The notes beneath the pieces were generated by a model, which did not search any database, was not told the origin of the DNA, and saw only the letters and a list, made by a program, of their open reading frames with translations. A stretch of 39,492 nt of DNA, from assembly GCF_001194135.2 (NCBI RefSeq), contig NC_068987.1:27928427-27967918 (forward strand), read 5' to 3'. The stretch comes from Octopus bimaculoides (Eukaryota). How positions within the stretch are numbered: the first letter of the stretch is position 1; each line of letters starts with the position of its first letter. Positions 36,695 to 39,492 of this stretch are shown piece after piece. A program made the translations under genes and the position numbers.

Positions 36695-37571
36695 CATGGT
36701 CTATTGAAAAAGTATCTGATCTTTGGGCTTCAAAGAACAATTTTACATATTTCACAAATTTTATTTAATCACCTTCGAAATACTCCCTTCCAGAGTTCAC
36801 ACGCTTCTTCCAGTAGTTCTACCTCTGTTGGTAACACCTTTGGGACACCTTCTCTGGTAAGCTATGGAGCTCCACAATTGCTTTTCTCAAAATTTCCTTT
36901 CTTGACCCAAATCACTTTCTTTTCAGCAAAGTTGGGAGAGTAAGGAGTCCGTTGAACAAGTGGCGTGTTATTCTTGACCAGGAAACCTTGGATTACAAGG
37001 TGCATTCAAAATGTATCTGGCTTTATTTGCTCTCCACGTGCACAAATCCACTGTTAAAATGTAATGCACTGATTCTGAGCTTATTCCCACTTCATGAGCA
37101 ATTTCCAGCATTGTTACACAATGCTCTCCGATGAATACTTATCAAACATTCTTAATTGATTCTTCATTTTGGCTTATGAATGGCCTGCCTGAACATGCCA
37201 CACTCTCCACAAAGATGCAGCCATGTTTGAAGCAGTTGTACCACTCCTTGATCTGAGTTTTGCCCATGGTATCTTCTTCAAAGGCCTGGTGAATCTTCTG
37301 GTTGGTTCCAGCTTCAGTATCACCAAGCTTTTGGCAAAACTTGATGCAATATCTCTGCCTAATGTGTTTGGTCATTTGGCATGAAAACAAAGCTCCAGTG
37401 TGTGTGCATTACATGTCTCTATGCATAATAGCCAGGAACTGACATGGCCTACTGGAGCAAAAATTCTAGCACATACACAAATAGAGTGTCGTTATCTCCT
37501 ACTCAAATGAATTTGCCCACACAGCATTAGTTTTGGCAGGAAAATGTTGGATAGTTTTTTAACATGCTTCA
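36695..37571 (-). mobile_element. Mariner (Tc1/mariner) internally deleted transposon
   Basis: N-terminal RQRYCIKFCQKLGDT...MGKTQIKEWYNCFK...SGRP, C-terminal FLVKNNTPLVQRTPYSPNFA and YFEGD*; degenerate ~30-bp TIRs flanked by TA (36693-36694, 37572-37573). Confidence 0.85.
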
Positions 37572-37705
37572 TATGTTTACTTGCCATTCATGCAAATGAT
37601 GCCATGCATGTTATTTCTCTTATAAATTCTGTGACAAGCAGAGTGAATAATTCATCATGAAGAATTTTACAAGAGGTAAGGCTCTTGATTACATAAGTGT
37701 TCCGA

Positions 37706-37863
37706 ATTATTGTGGATATTTTGCTATATGTTTTTGTATATTGTGGATATTTTCCTACGTGTTTTTGTATGTTGTGGATATTTCCCTATATATTTTATGT
37801 ATCGTGGATATTTTCTTATATGTTTTCCTATATGTTTTTGTGGATGTTTTCCAATATGTTTTT
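37706..37863. repeat. ~31-bp minisatellite, about 5 degenerate copies
   Basis: Unit approximately TATATTGTGGATATTTTCCTATATGTTTTTG. Confidence 0.8.
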
Positions 37864-38149
37864 AGAAATTCTGTCATTTACCATCCAGTGTTCTGCATTT
37901 TTTCTAAATGATGGATCACATTAATTTTCAGCAAACTTTCATAATTCAAGCAATAATAGGACAAAATATTTCTGGCTTTATTTTAAATGACGACTTTTAT
38001 GTCTTAATTATAGAAATTTAACAACTCAAAAACGTATATGAAAATTAAAAGCAAATAAAAGAACATCCAAGAATATATATGTGATGAAGCTGTGCCGTCC
38101 AGTGTTCTAGCTTCACTTCAGTCATGGGGCAGTTATCTGCACTGCTAGT

Positions 38150-38170
38150 ATGTATCTGCGTGTGTGCGAG

Positions 38171-38203
<33 letters not shown>

Positions 38204-38246
38204 ATATGTGTGTGTATGTGTATATATGTGTGTATGTATGTGTATG

Positions 38247-38290
<44 letters not shown>

Positions 38291-38315
38291 TGTGTGTATA
38301 TCTATGTATATATAT
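38150..38315. repeat. Compound (TATG)/(TG)/(TA) microsatellite
   Basis: Direct reading. Confidence 0.95.
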
Positions 38316-38510
38316 ATCATCATTGTTTAACATCCGCCTTCCATGCTAGCATGGGTGGAACGGTTTGACAAGTGCTGGCCAGGCAGAAGCCAGCACCAGA
38401 CTTCTGTAACTGTTTTGGCCTGATTTTTATAGCTGGATGCCCTTCCTAACTCCAACCACTCTGCAGAGTGGACTTAGTGCTTTTTATGTGGCACTAGTAC
38501 AGGCAAGGTT
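38316..38510 (-). mobile_element. RTE-type 3' end
   Basis: CATCATTGTTTAACATCCGCCTTCCATGCTAGCATGGG...GCTGGATGCCCTTCCTAAC. Confidence 0.8.
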
Positions 38511-38784
38511 TGGGGGCTAGCAGATAGCAATGATACAGTGAGACAGGCATGTAGGTGGAACACACATATCGGGAGCAAGTGGAGAGCAATGGTACAGTGG
38601 TGGCACAGGGCTAAGAGGACATGATTGGAAAGTGAGAGGTAAGTATAGTGCATGAAGTGGAAAACTTAGGAAGAGAAGAGATGCAGAAATGTATTTTGAT
38701 CTGTTGTGGTAGAGTGTTTGAGAAGTTTTCTTGTTAAGTGTGAGTGGGACACACGGTGCTTCTAGAATTCAGTTTCAGTGATGT

Positions 38785-39253
38785 GGGTGGGTCTTCTCAA
38801 GAACTTCATATCACCAGAAAACTCAGTCCATTCACATTTCTTCCATGAAGCCCAACATCCTGAGATCAGTCCTTACCACTTCATCCTAGGTCTCACACTT
38901 CTGTAGGTACTATCCACTTTCAGTGATCAGCACCTCTTTATGCAACTGTCCTCATTCATACACATTACATTTCCAAACCAACGTAGTCATCTCTCTTCTA
39001 TGCTACATTTGATTTGTCTTATGCCCAATTTTTCTCTCAATATATTTGCCCTTTGTTGTACATGCACACTGATGTTGCACATCGAGTGAAGCATGCTACC
39101 TTCATTTCTCTCCAGTCTATGCATGTCATCTGCATTCAGAGCCCATGTCTCACTATGATGGAGTATAGCTGTTCACACACAAGCATCATGTTGTCTACCT
39201 TTCACTCTGAGAGAGAGTTCTTTTGTTGCCAGCAGAAGTAATAGCTCTCTGAA
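38785..39253 (-). mobile_element. RTE LINE C-terminal ORF fragment
   Basis: FRELLLLLATKELSLRVKGR...HSETWALNADDMHRLERNE...LREKLGIRQIKCSIEERRLRWFGNVM. Confidence 0.85.
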
Positions 39254-39262
39254 TGTATGTGT

Positions 39263-39332
<70 letters not shown>

Positions 39333-39361
39333 CTGCCTTTAGGCCTTCACTTCATACATAC

Positions 39362-39492
39362 CAGCTCAAATGGATTCGTTCTCAGTTGAAGACACCTGTT
39401 GTTATTTTCTACTTGCTTGTATTCGTAACTGTGTACCATGTTCTCCATTTTGAGTCTTTGTTGCGGTACACATTCGCTAGCTTTCTTATAAG
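39362..39492 (-). CDS. Coding exon running off the window end (YKKASECVPQQRLKMENMVHSYEYKQVENNNRCLQLRTNPFEL)
   Basis: 43 open codons ending exactly at a CTG|GTATGT donor (phase 0); higher GC than flanks. Confidence 0.6.

Noticed and set aside
37706-37863. Repeated TGTGGATAT resembling bacterial DnaA boxes, or a CRISPR-like array
   Set aside because: Embedded in eukaryotic repeat-rich DNA. The whole 31-bp unit is tandemly repeated with no unique spacers, so it is a minisatellite.

Overview
AT-rich, microsatellite- and retroposon-dense eukaryotic DNA. The SINE and LINE families look like those of Octopus (recognition from memory, no database search). Most of the window is intronic or intergenic. 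It contains many copies of a tRNA-headed SINE with an internal (TA)/(TG) tract, one young tRNA-Arg-like SINE with a 12-bp TSD, decayed RTE and CR1-like LINE fragments, two remnants of a HERO-like (restriction-like endonuclease) non-LTR element and an internally deleted mariner. Scattered candidate exons suggest an unidentified + strand gene (about 4.2-22.9 kb, with an RFX X-box/ETS site near 2.05 kb) and an unidentified - strand gene entering from the right edge; neither can be named. The most striking observation is three unrelated type-I hammerhead-ribozyme motifs, each with a palindromic stem III of the Penelope/retrozyme type. The first (371-431, +) lies in a 355-nt monomer followed by a partial repeat. 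The second (11957-12043, -) has a long stem II and is overlapped by one arm of a 62-bp inverted repeat. The third (24007-24043, -) is a minimal motif. The last two are inserted into the (TA)n tract of SINE copies, in the same orientation as the SINE. There are two assembly gaps (20465-20474 and 25683-25861).
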